Virus record (IMG/VR): IMGVR_UViG_3300025870_001501
Location: 1-43,350 of that record
Reading direction: 5' to 3' (one strand)
DNA length: 43,350 nt
Origin: a virus
Taxonomy: Duplodnaviria > Caudoviricetes
Position 1 is the first letter of the stretch. Every line of letters begins with the position of its first letter. The position numbers and the translations under genes are program-made. Below are positions 19,318-28,256 of this stretch, in pieces. Below the pieces are notes generated by a model that did not search any database, was not told where the DNA came from, and was given only the letters and a program-made list of their open reading frames with translations.

Positions 19318-21054
19318 ATGAACAAATTCGTACACTACATTTTGATAGCAATCATGTTCAACTGGAACATAGCCGTCTTTGCGGAAGACAGTGGAGGGTG
19401 TGAATGGGAAGTGGTGGAAGTAACTGAAACTTATATTCAAGAGAAGTGTGGAGACAATCAAGTAAGAATTAAGTCCAAACCTATTGAAGGCATGAACATT
19501 GAGATAGTTGAAGCACCCAAAAATAAAAAAAACAATCCCATAAAAGAATTCAAAGACAAAGTAGAAAAGGCTCCCAAAGTTATTGAGAAAGTTGAAAAAC
19601 TTGAGAAGATAGAACAGGAAGTCATAGCCACAGAAGATAAAGTTAAAGAACATATTGAGAAAAAGAAACTGGCAGAAACACCTGTTGCAGAAACAACAAA
19701 ACCCAAAGTTAAAAAAGAAATTGCTAAAAAACAAGTTGATGCCAAAGCAGATGAAAAACTGGTAAAACAAGCCACAGAAAAAGCATGGTCAGATGTTGAC
19801 GCTGATCAAAAAATTACATGGATGCAGTTCCATGAATTGCTACCAAGACTGATCGTTGAGAATGAAAAGATCAAAGCGGCTGAACTGGATTACGAAGCGG
19901 CTGTTGAAGCATTAAAATCAGAATACACAGCATACTATCCTCAGGTTTCTGTATCAATTGGCAACAACTGGGAAGATGATAGAACTCCTGCAAAAGGTAC
20001 ATATCCCAACAACACAATCACACACGATTCTAAACAGGGCATACAAAAATCAATCACAGTCACACAGATGATCTGGGACGCAGGCAGAACCACTGCCATG
20101 ATAGACAAAGCCAAAGCAACTGCTCAACAGGCACACTATAGATTGGAACTTACAAAAGAAGATGTTGTAATAGAGGCAATCAATGCTTGGTTAAATTTAC
20201 AAAAGGCTTACAACACACACGAAGCGAATAAAAAAATAGAAGCCAATGCTAAAGTTACATTGTCTATGACAATAGAAAAAGTGAAAAAAGGCGAAGGTTC
20301 TAAACTTGAACAATTACAAATTGAACAACAGTACAGAACATATCAAACTCTTTCAATGACAAGTAGATTGGGATTAGACAGTGCTATACAAAGATTTCAA
20401 AACGTTTGGAGATTCAAACCACACAACATCGCAGGCATGCCAAAACCTTTGGCAGACGCACTGGGCATAATTCCTGTACAAGGAACTCCAGTGTCCAACA
20501 ACACAACACTGCGTATTGCCAGCATGGATGTTACTATTGCTCAAGAACAATTAAATTTTGATAGAGCAGAATTTAAACCAAGAGTGGACGGCAAACTGTC
20601 TTACACAGAGAAGGACGGTGAACTGGCAGGTGGATATGATACAAGTAATTCGCAGAAAGAAGAATGGAGAGCAGACATCACCATGACATGGAAGTTATTC
20701 AATTTCAAGAACAGACACATGACCAATGCAGACCGTTCTCGTTTGAATGCCGCTAACTTTAGATATTCTAATGTGTTAAGAACCACACAGGAACAGTTCA
20801 ACAACGCATGGAACAACTACGTGTTGGTTGAAAAGAATCTAGCCACTCTGAAGAGAACAGTTGAGATAAATCAAGAAATGTACAAACTCACACTGGCAGA
20901 CTTCCAAGCAGGTAACTCACCCATAATGGCGGTGTTTGGTATGAAGACAGCACACTTAATGAGTGAGGTTGCGTATCTAAACGCACAGATAGATTGGCAG
21001 ATAGCAAGATATCAACTGCACAAGGTGTTAGGTGTTGTAGACCCACTTCTATAA
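19318..21054 (+). CDS. TolC family outer-membrane channel with K/E-rich N-terminal extension
   Basis: Signal peptide; two OEP repeats (YYPQVSVS...TQMIWDAG; FKPRVDG...TWKLFN; FQAGNSPIMAV). Confidence 0.85.
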   Translation: MNKFVHYILIAIMFNWNIAVFAEDSGGCEWEVVEVTETYIQEKCGDNQVRIKSKPIEGMNIEIVEAPKNKKNNPIKEFKDKVEKAPKVIEKVEKLEKIEQEVIATEDKVKEHIEKKKLAETPVAETTKPKVKKEIAKKQVDAKADEKLVKQATEKAWSDVDADQKITWMQFHELLPRLIVENEKIKAAELDYEAAVEALKSEYTAYYPQVSVSIGNNWEDDRTPAKGTYPNNTITHDSKQGIQKSITVTQMIWDAGRTTAMIDKAKATAQQAHYRLELTKEDVVIEAINAWLNLQKAYNTHEANKKIEANAKVTLSMTIEKVKKGEGSKLEQLQIEQQYRTYQTLSMTSRLGLDSAIQRFQNVWRFKPHNIAGMPKPLADALGIIPVQGTPVSNNTTLRIASMDVTIAQEQLNFDRAEFKPRVDGKLSYTEKDGELAGGYDTSNSQKEEWRADITMTWKLFNFKNRHMTNADRSRLNAANFRYSNVLRTTQEQFNNAWNNYVLVEKNLATLKRTVEINQEMYKLTLADFQAGNSPIMAVFGMKTAHLMSEVAYLNAQIDWQIARYQLHKVLGVVDPLL

Positions 21055-21084
21055 TATTGTCAAATCAATTAAATACTACTATAT

Positions 21085-21834
21085 ATGACAAGTTTTTTAC
21101 GACAATTATTCCGCGATAAATCAAACGCCATAATGCTATTAACAAGCAGTTTGATCATTGCCATCTGTGCGTTGGCTCCGGCCTTGTTTGTGATTATTGT
21201 GTTGAACAAGTATCTAGCATCTGGAGTTACATCCACCCTGATATCTTTGGGTATGGGTGCCATACTATTGTTGGCATTTGAATTTGGTTTCAGACAGAAC
21301 AGAGCAGGCATGATACAGCAGTTGAACATTAGGATATTCACTCCATTGTTGAATGCATATGCAAAAAAGATTAAAGAAACTCAGATCACAGGAGAACAGT
21401 TTAAAAGATTAGAAGTTGCAGGTGGAACAATTAAGGGTGCAACCGGTTCCAGCATTACTGGTTGGATATTGGATTGGCCATTTGTGTTGGCATTTCTTAT
21501 TGTGCTACTCTATATCAATTGGACAGCGGCTTTGATTGCTGGGATATTCATGATCATCATGATGGTGTTAACAGCACAGAGATTGAATCTCAGTCTACAA
21601 CAGGACAGCACAGCAAATTTAGAAATATTTTTAACAGGACTAATGACAGTGGTCATCATGTCAGTGGGTGCGACACAAATTATCGCAGGTTCATTGGACG
21701 TGGGATTATTAATAGGTTCCAACATATTGGCGGCAAGAGCACTGCAAGGTGCTAACAAATATGCCAAAGCAAAGGAGGCAATAGAAAAACGTGACCGAGC
21801 AACAGCAGAAATCATCAATTTCATCAAACAATAA
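21085..21834 (+). CDS. T1SS ABC-transporter transmembrane domain only (no NBD)
   Basis: LAPALFVIIVLNKYL...STL, LDWPF, GSLDVGLLIGSNILAARAL match PrtD/LapB-type TMD; no Walker A or LSGGQ. Confidence 0.8.
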   Translation: MTSFLRQLFRDKSNAIMLLTSSLIIAICALAPALFVIIVLNKYLASGVTSTLISLGMGAILLLAFEFGFRQNRAGMIQQLNIRIFTPLLNAYAKKIKETQITGEQFKRLEVAGGTIKGATGSSITGWILDWPFVLAFLIVLLYINWTAALIAGIFMIIMMVLTAQRLNLSLQQDSTANLEIFLTGLMTVVIMSVGATQIIAGSLDVGLLIGSNILAARALQGANKYAKAKEAIEKRDRATAEIINFIKQ

Positions 21835-22516
21835 ATTCTTTGGCTTGTTGACAAGTCTATTTGTTGTGTTCTTTGTATGGATGTCATTTTCCAAAGTCGA
21901 TATAACTTCTGTCGCCAACGGACTGGTAATACCTGAAAAAAATATCACAACACTTGGCACAATGGTTACAGGAGAAATTGTGAAAGTGAACCACAAGCAA
22001 GGAGACGTGGTTAAAAAAGGCGACATCATAATCACAATTAATCCCGGAGTAGGATACGAACCTTATCACATACGAGCAAACATAGATGGGAAGATACAAC
22101 AACTTACATTTAAAAATCCAGGCTCTGTGGTAAAACAAGGTGACGCACTGGCAGTGCTGGTACCCCTAGATCAAAAATTAATTGTTCAAGGACAATTGCA
22201 AATAAAAGACAGAGGCTATGTAGAAGTAGGACAAACAGCAAAAATTAAATTGGCAAGTTCAGAAGCATTCACATACCTTCCAATAGTAGCCAAGATAATT
22301 TCCATATCTCCTGATGCTGTACAAGGACAAGCAATGTCGTTCTATGAAATAGAATTAGAATTAGATTCACAGGCTTTTGCCAACGGAGACTTGCAGTACA
22401 AACTAGTGCCTGGTGTACAAGTACACGTGTTTATCTTGACTGGAGAACGTACAATATTGAGTTACGTGACAACACCCTTTCACAACAGCATAGGCATGGC
22501 ACTACAGGAGAGATAA
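21791..22516 (+). CDS. HlyD family membrane fusion protein, helical hairpin missing
   Basis: N-terminal TM; GEIVKV..KQGDVVKKGD; IRANIDG; ISPDA; LVPG; TGERTILSY; only 241 aa. Confidence 0.85.
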   Translation: MTEQQQKSSISSNNKFFGLLTSLFVVFFVWMSFSKVDITSVANGLVIPEKNITTLGTMVTGEIVKVNHKQGDVVKKGDIIITINPGVGYEPYHIRANIDGKIQQLTFKNPGSVVKQGDALAVLVPLDQKLIVQGQLQIKDRGYVEVGQTAKIKLASSEAFTYLPIVAKIISISPDAVQGQAMSFYEIELELDSQAFANGDLQYKLVPGVQVHVFILTGERTILSYVTTPFHNSIGMALQER

Positions 22517-22517
22517 C

Positions 22518-22874
22518 ATGGAACAAAAGAAATTAACAATCAGGGAAAGATGGCGTAAGGCTATGACTGCGGACAACATGGTTGATCTCAGTGTTGACAT
22601 CTTCCTCATTGTGTTCGACGTGTTGAGCTCTCCCATACTGATCGTCATGAGAATTGTGCGTTGGATATTGGCCAAGTTCGTCAATGACCATGTAAAGAGT
22701 TTTATCAAGAGGATAGTGCATTGGTTCTTGGACAACAGGAAGATCAGACTAGAACGAGGACAGAACATATTCCGTTACTACTGGTACCTGTGGATGTTGA
22801 GTCCTTTTATTGTTTTTGCGTTGTGGATGCTGATAGCAGTCACAATAGGATTAAGACAAGGTGCAGGACTGTAA
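22518..22874 (+). CDS. small membrane protein
   Basis: Two hydrophobic segments; GGAG RBS; TAATG-coupled to the cyclase. Confidence 0.75.
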   Translation: MEQKKLTIRERWRKAMTADNMVDLSVDIFLIVFDVLSSPILIVMRIVRWILAKFVNDHVKSFIKRIVHWFLDNRKIRLERGQNIFRYYWYLWMLSPFIVFALWMLIAVTIGLRQGAGL

Positions 22875-24799
22875 TGAAGATATTCACAAGCATATGGATG
22901 GTGATAGTGTTTGCGATTGTGCTGACAGGAATCAGGATAGACAACAGCGACACAGTAAAAATTATTAGATATAAGACTTGGGACAAATTTCAAACAATTC
23001 AACCAAGACAGATGGTAAGTGATTCTGTCACTGTTGTAAACATCACAGAACAAGATATTAAGACGTATGGACAATGGCCATGGCCCAGACATGTGATGGC
23101 TATGCTACACGCAGAGTTGTCTGATGCAGGTGCAATCCTTGTGAACTACAATATAATGTTTGCTGAACCAGACAGAATGAGTGGTGTTGAATATCTAAAA
23201 TCAATGCCTATGACCAATGATTTGCGAGAGCAATTGGGACAAGCATTGTTGGACACAGATGCAATATTCTCCATAGTGTTGAAAGAATCTAAGAAAGCCA
23301 TTTTAATGATGAGTGTTAAAAACACTGCTGACACAAACTTACCCAGCACAACACAGATCATAGAAAAAGGCAACGTGAAGCCATGGTTATACGAGTATGA
23401 AGGCATAGTGTCCCCAAATGCAAAAGTTTCCGTAGGTGCAACAGGCATGGGTGTGAATGTTACTTCACCGGAACCAGATGCTGTTGTGAGAAAGATGCCT
23501 GTGTTAATACGTGTGGGAGATAAGATATATCCCTCTATGCTACTAGAGAATGTTAGACTTTTAAATAAATCAAAAAGAATCAAAGTCATAGCAAAACAAC
23601 ACGGCATAGACGAAGTGCTTGTGAGCAAGAAGGCAGGTATACCTGTGAATCATAATGCAGAAATGTATATCAACTATGCAGACCCTTCAATGTATGTTAA
23701 TGTGTCAGCCACAGATATACTGACAGGCAATTACAACGAAAACAAAGTTAAAGGCAGAATTATTGTTATAGGTTTGGATGCCGCAGGATTGAGTGTGTTG
23801 AAATATACACCGCATGGACTTACAACAGATCAAATGATTACTGCCCAATCATTGGATACATTGTTAACAGGCAAATATTTGTTGCGTACACCACAAGCAG
23901 ACACATATGAAATTGCGTTCCTGGCGTTGTTATTATTGCTGTTGATATTAGTACTGCCTAGAACCAGTGTGTTGTTGGCTGTACCTCTTTTATTATTTGT
24001 GGAAGTAGGTGTTGCCTACGGAGCATTCACGGCATACACTAACAAAGGATTTCTTGTAGACCCATCTTGGATAATGTTGTCTGTGTTTTTAATTTGGTCT
24101 CATTCTGTGTACAACAACTTTGCGACACAGAGCAGATTGAAACAACAGATCAAGAAACAGTTTGAACACTACCTTGATCCTGGCATGGTTAAAAAATTAC
24201 AAAAGGATCCCAGCCTACTTAAACTGGGAGGCGAGACAAAGAACATGACTTTCTTGTTCTGTGACATCAGGGGCTTCACACCTATCAGTGAGAAGTACAA
24301 AGGCAATCCAGCAGGACTCACAAAACTTATTAATAGATTCTTGACACGCATGACAGATGTTATAATCTCAAATGGTGGAACAATAGACAAGTTTATGGGT
24401 GACTGTATTATGGCATTCTGGAACGCACCTATTGAAAATAAAAAACACAGAGAACTAGCAGTTAAAAGTTCTTTGGAAATGACTGTGGCATTGGCAGAAT
24501 TGAATATGCATCTACAAGCAGAAGGACTTCCACAGATCAACATAGGAATAGGAATCAACACAGGCGATGCATTGGTGGGTAACATGGGATCGGAACAGAG
24601 ATTTGATTACTCTGTGATTGGCGATGCAGTTAATCTAGCAAGTAGATTAGAGAGCTCATCTAAAACATTAGGCAAAACCATAGTGATAGGTGAGAACACA
24701 AGACACACAATAGAAACAGTTTACCCGTTTGAGTACATTGACAGCATCACAGTCAAAGGTAAGACTGAAAATATAAAAGTTTATACTATTCCTTTATAG
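22874..24799 (+). CDS. CHASE2-domain class III adenylate cyclase
   Basis: GQWPWPR CHASE2 motif; 3 TM; CDIRGFT, DKFMGD, DYSVIGDAVNLASRLE with all catalytic and ATP-specifying residues; start reassigned to ATG 22874. Confidence 0.93.
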   Translation: MKIFTSIWMVIVFAIVLTGIRIDNSDTVKIIRYKTWDKFQTIQPRQMVSDSVTVVNITEQDIKTYGQWPWPRHVMAMLHAELSDAGAILVNYNIMFAEPDRMSGVEYLKSMPMTNDLREQLGQALLDTDAIFSIVLKESKKAILMMSVKNTADTNLPSTTQIIEKGNVKPWLYEYEGIVSPNAKVSVGATGMGVNVTSPEPDAVVRKMPVLIRVGDKIYPSMLLENVRLLNKSKRIKVIAKQHGIDEVLVSKKAGIPVNHNAEMYINYADPSMYVNVSATDILTGNYNENKVKGRIIVIGLDAAGLSVLKYTPHGLTTDQMITAQSLDTLLTGKYLLRTPQADTYEIAFLALLLLLLILVLPRTSVLLAVPLLLFVEVGVAYGAFTAYTNKGFLVDPSWIMLSVFLIWSHSVYNNFATQSRLKQQIKKQFEHYLDPGMVKKLQKDPSLLKLGGETKNMTFLFCDIRGFTPISEKYKGNPAGLTKLINRFLTRMTDVIISNGGTIDKFMGDCIMAFWNAPIENKKHRELAVKSSLEMTVALAELNMHLQAEGLPQINIGIGINTGDALVGNMGSEQRFDYSVIGDAVNLASRLESSSKTLGKTIVIGENTRHTIETVYPFEYIDSITVKGKTENIKVYTIPL

Positions 24800-24929
24800 A
24801 ATCTTTATCTATTTCTTTTACAGCAACAACTTCTTTGGGTTCATATGTTTCGTCCCAGCAACAGTCATCTCGGGAAACACACGTGCTCTCTACATATACT
24901 TTTTTGCTCTTCTTTTGATCTTCGTACAT
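24786..24929 (-). CDS. small Cys-containing acidic peptide (47 aa)
   Basis: AAAGGAG RBS before MYEDQKK; convergent with the cyclase. Confidence 0.6.
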   Translation of the reverse strand: MYEDQKKSKKVYVESTCVSRDDCCWDETYEPKEVVAVKEIDKDSIKE

Positions 24930-24943
24930 TGTATTCTCCTTTT

Positions 24944-25070
24944 GTAAAATAATACTTGTAAATTTACTTATAGTAAACTTATAGTAAATTTCGTCGAAAA
25001 TCAATGTCTAAGGTGTAAATTGTGTTGAATGTTTGTAAATTTAAATTTACAAAATTTACAAATAGTAAAT
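24944..25070. repeat. GTAAA/TTTAC box array with perfect 22-bp palindrome
   Basis: GTAAA at 24944, 24958, 24973, 24984, 25015, 25035, 25065; TTTGTAAATTTAAATTTACAAA at 25032-25053. Confidence 0.65.
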
Positions 25071-25297
25071 TATTTTTTCTTTTCTCTAGCAGTTTTGACT
25101 TTGGTCTGTAATCTTATCAAATCGTTGTCGAGCAACCTTATCCTATCTATGAGTTTGATTAGTGTTGCTGACGTAGAACTCAACTTGGGTGTGATTTCTG
25201 TTGTAATAAACTTCCACAGGAAGTAAATGAAGTATGCTAGAAAGAATACAGCAACAATAGGAAATCCGTAATCGTTTATGAGTGTAACTATGTCCAT
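25070..25297 (-). CDS. small holin-like membrane protein
   Basis: INDYGFPIVA + TM + coiled coil. Confidence 0.65.
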   Translation of the reverse strand: MDIVTLINDYGFPIVAVFFLAYFIYFLWKFITTEITPKLSSTSATLIKLIDRIRLLDNDLIRLQTKVKTAREKKK

Positions 25298-25578
25298 CAG
25301 TCTTTCCTCGCATCTGTCTTGCCGTCTGCTCTAGCCACCCTGTCTGTGTCTATTGGCAATCCTAGTTGTTCGGAAACTTCTTGGTCTATTTTAAGTATGT
25401 CGTTGTTCATGGTCTTCACCCTGTTGTCCAGTTGTGAGATCACAGTCTCGATGAACTTGATGGAGTTTACTATGCCATTCAGGATGTATTTTATAATGAA
25501 CAGTATGAATACACCCATTCCCACTGTGGCGGCAATTGGTAATCCTAGCTCTGCTACTAATTGAAAGAACTGTGTCAT
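25297..25578 (-). CDS. small holin-like membrane protein, paralogue of neighbour
   Basis: VAELGLPIAA + TM + LDNRVKTMNNDILKI (neighbour: LIDRIRLLDNDLIRL); TATAAATA upstream. Confidence 0.65.
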   Translation of the reverse strand: MTQFFQLVAELGLPIAATVGMGVFILFIIKYILNGIVNSIKFIETVISQLDNRVKTMNNDILKIDQEVSEQLGLPIDTDRVARADGKTDARKD

Positions 25579-25710
25579 TATGTGTGTATTTATAGGCAGT
25601 TGTACACTAGGAATTAAAAGATTGACAACCAAAAATACACCTGCTATACTGTGACTGCACAGTTTAATATTAGGATTTAATCGGTAAATACTAAAAAGTA
25701 GGCTAGAACT

Positions 25711-25977
25711 ATGAAAAAACATACCAGAAGCATATTAGACGAATTAAGAAACATTGGCAGAATTAACAATGTTGAAGCCTTTATTGAGACCACAGGCTCA
25801 AATATCATCGAAAGTGCAGTGAATCTGCTCAATACTATAAAAGAAAATTATCCAGAGGACACAGCACAAGAACTGGAGAGAAGATTTTTAAACAGTATTC
25901 GTAACAAAGAAGCCAAAAAGTTTCAAGTTGGTGTGAAGAAGATAATTGAAAGTAAAAAATTAGATGACAATTCTTAA
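25711..25977 (+). CDS. hypothetical protein, putative virion component
   Basis: TAAATA upstream; first gene of the late block. Confidence 0.7.
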   Translation: MKKHTRSILDELRNIGRINNVEAFIETTGSNIIESAVNLLNTIKENYPEDTAQELERRFLNSIRNKEAKKFQVGVKKIIESKKLDDNS

Positions 25978-26716
25978 AGAAGGCGGCAACATATTCAAAG
26001 ACCCCAACGGAGAACTAGCCACTCAGAGAATTAATCAAGCAGATGTGGCTCCCACACTTGCCTGGTTGGAAAAAATCACAGGATTAGACCTACAAAGTAA
26101 TATGTTGGGCACAACAGGAAAAGCACCAACATCGGGTGACTTGGATGTTGCAGTGGATCAAAGTAAGATTTCAAAAGATCAATTGGCAGACACATTAACA
26201 CAATGGGCTATAAAGAACAAACAAGATCCTAAACTGTGGGTAAAGAAGAGTGGCATCAGTGTTCATTTTAAAACTCCTATCAGAGGCAGTGCAAAGAATG
26301 GATATGTCCAATCAGATTTAATGTTTGGAGATCCAGACTGGATGCGTTGGAGTCTTCAAGGTGGACAACCTGGCTCACCATACAAAGGTGCAGACAGACA
26401 CGTGATGATGGCATCAATTGCCAAACCACTTGGATTCAAATGGAGTCACAAAGCAGGATTATTAAACAGAGACACAAATGAACCTATCACTAAAGATCCT
26501 AACAAGATTGCTGAACTGTTATTAGGCAAAGGTGCAACTGCAAATGATTTAAACACAGTGGAATCTATTCATGCAAAAATAAAAAATAGATCAGACTATG
26601 ATACGTTGGTTGCTGATGTAAAAGATTCATTTGCTAAAGTGGGTAAGACATTGCCAGAAAGTATTAAAGATCCAATTGGATGGTACAGAGCAATACTAAA
26701 CAAAATTAAAATATGA
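25964..26716 (+). CDS. pol-beta-superfamily nucleotidyltransferase-like protein
   Basis: LGTTG...SGDLD (G-S/T...DxD) plus third Asp in VQSDLM; LKE|GG N-terminus. Confidence 0.65.
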   Translation: MTILKEGGNIFKDPNGELATQRINQADVAPTLAWLEKITGLDLQSNMLGTTGKAPTSGDLDVAVDQSKISKDQLADTLTQWAIKNKQDPKLWVKKSGISVHFKTPIRGSAKNGYVQSDLMFGDPDWMRWSLQGGQPGSPYKGADRHVMMASIAKPLGFKWSHKAGLLNRDTNEPITKDPNKIAELLLGKGATANDLNTVESIHAKIKNRSDYDTLVADVKDSFAKVGKTLPESIKDPIGWYRAILNKIKI

Positions 26717-27846
26717 GACTAGTAGAATTTAAAGAAGTTGACAAAAAGAATGTCGCTCTCAAAGAATCAAGAATTCAACATGCAGAAGATTTAATTTTCT
26801 GGGAAGGTTCTAGAGGAGCCATAAGAGCAATTGAACAATTACAATCATTAAGCAAAAGCACACAGTCACTCACAATTAAATGGGACGGTTCACCTGCTGT
26901 GGTGTTTGGCAGAAATCCTAATGGAGAATTTATTTTTACAGACAAGTCAGGCTTTGTGGCAAAAGGTTATGACGGTAGAGCAACTAACTCAGCAGACTTA
27001 AAAAGTGCTATTGTGGGAAGAGGAAAAGATCCTACAAAAAAGAAAGCACAGGCACAGTATGCTTCTAAAATGGCATCAGTGTTTGATACTGTGCAACAAG
27101 CAGTGCCTGAAAACGTTCAAGGATATTTTGTTGGAGACATGTTGTATTTTCAAACTCCTAAAAAAGCAGGCGGCAAATTTATATTCAAACCCAATGTGGT
27201 TCAGTATGCAGTGGATGTTAACAGCGAGATAGGACAACAGATTGCCAACAGCAGTGTGGGTGTTGTTGTGCACCACAGAATGACTGAAGACGGTAAAGTA
27301 TTACCTATTAATGATTTAGATATGATTCAAGGCAGTGTGTTGGCAATACCACCTACAACACTCAATAAGAAAGATCCAATACAAGTAAAAGGGTTGGATC
27401 AATTAAAATCACTAGTCTCCAACAGTGGAGCAGAAATAGACAAATTGTTGAACAAGAACAAGATAGCAGAAATGAAACTGACTGATCTACCCAACATTTT
27501 ATACACCTACACCAACAGCAAAGTGGACACAGGATTAAACAGATTGGGTGAAGATTTTTTGAGATGGTTGGCGGCAAGTGCTGTGAGTCAACCCAAAAGA
27601 ATTAAAATTAAAGAATATGTAACAGCAAACATACAAGCATTCAGCAAACTGTGGATTTTGGTTGGCGGAATAATGAAAGTCAAAGATTCAATCATCAATC
27701 AGTTGGATCAAGCACAAGGCGACATAACAGCAACAATCAACGGCAAACCAGGTGGTGAAGGCTATGTTTTAGGCTCTCCAGAGGGTAATATTAAATTAGT
27801 GAAACGTTCTGGCTTCACGAAAGCCAACAGAGCGATAAATAGATAG
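26713..27846 (+). CDS. RNA-ligase-like covalent nucleotidyltransferase (DUF6267-like)
   Basis: TIKWDG (motif I KxDG), VGDMLY, GEGYV, KLVKR. Confidence 0.7.
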   Translation: MRLVEFKEVDKKNVALKESRIQHAEDLIFWEGSRGAIRAIEQLQSLSKSTQSLTIKWDGSPAVVFGRNPNGEFIFTDKSGFVAKGYDGRATNSADLKSAIVGRGKDPTKKKAQAQYASKMASVFDTVQQAVPENVQGYFVGDMLYFQTPKKAGGKFIFKPNVVQYAVDVNSEIGQQIANSSVGVVVHHRMTEDGKVLPINDLDMIQGSVLAIPPTTLNKKDPIQVKGLDQLKSLVSNSGAEIDKLLNKNKIAEMKLTDLPNILYTYTNSKVDTGLNRLGEDFLRWLAASAVSQPKRIKIKEYVTANIQAFSKLWILVGGIMKVKDSIINQLDQAQGDITATINGKPGGEGYVLGSPEGNIKLVKRSGFTKANRAINR

Positions 27847-27856
27847 GGAGAACAAA

Positions 27857-28246
27857 ATGAAAGCAAAAGAATTTATTAGAGAATTTAGAGACATAGATCC
27901 AGCAGATGATCCAAATGCAGGTATGGATCAAGAGTTCAAACAGGATCCTATATTTCATCAATTGGGTAAAATATTAGACAGCAGAGGCAATCCAAATCCT
28001 TTAGACACAGTGATAACAGATGATGGCAAAAAATTTAAAGTAACATTTAAACAAGCCACAGTGTTGAGAAGATTATTAACTGCACCCAGTGTTAAACCTA
28101 ATACTAAAGCACAGTTTACAAAAGATCTTCAACAAAGTCAAACACTTGAAAAGTATTTACAAGCAGATGACATGGTAGAGTTGTTTATTTCTACGTATAA
28201 TCCAGAAAAAACAGAACCTAGTCCATACACCAAATACGAAAACTAA
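27857..28246 (+). CDS. putative head-internal protein
   Basis: MKAKEFIRE N-terminus; late promoter and GGGAG RBS. Confidence 0.65.
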   Translation: MKAKEFIREFRDIDPADDPNAGMDQEFKQDPIFHQLGKILDSRGNPNPLDTVITDDGKKFKVTFKQATVLRRLLTAPSVKPNTKAQFTKDLQQSQTLEKYLQADDMVELFISTYNPEKTEPSPYTKYEN

Positions 28247-28256
28247 GACAGAGGAT

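Noticed and set aside
22721-22873. Upstream TTG start for the cyclase
   Set aside because: Overlaps the preceding gene; TAATG coupling at 22874 gives a proper N-terminal TM helix
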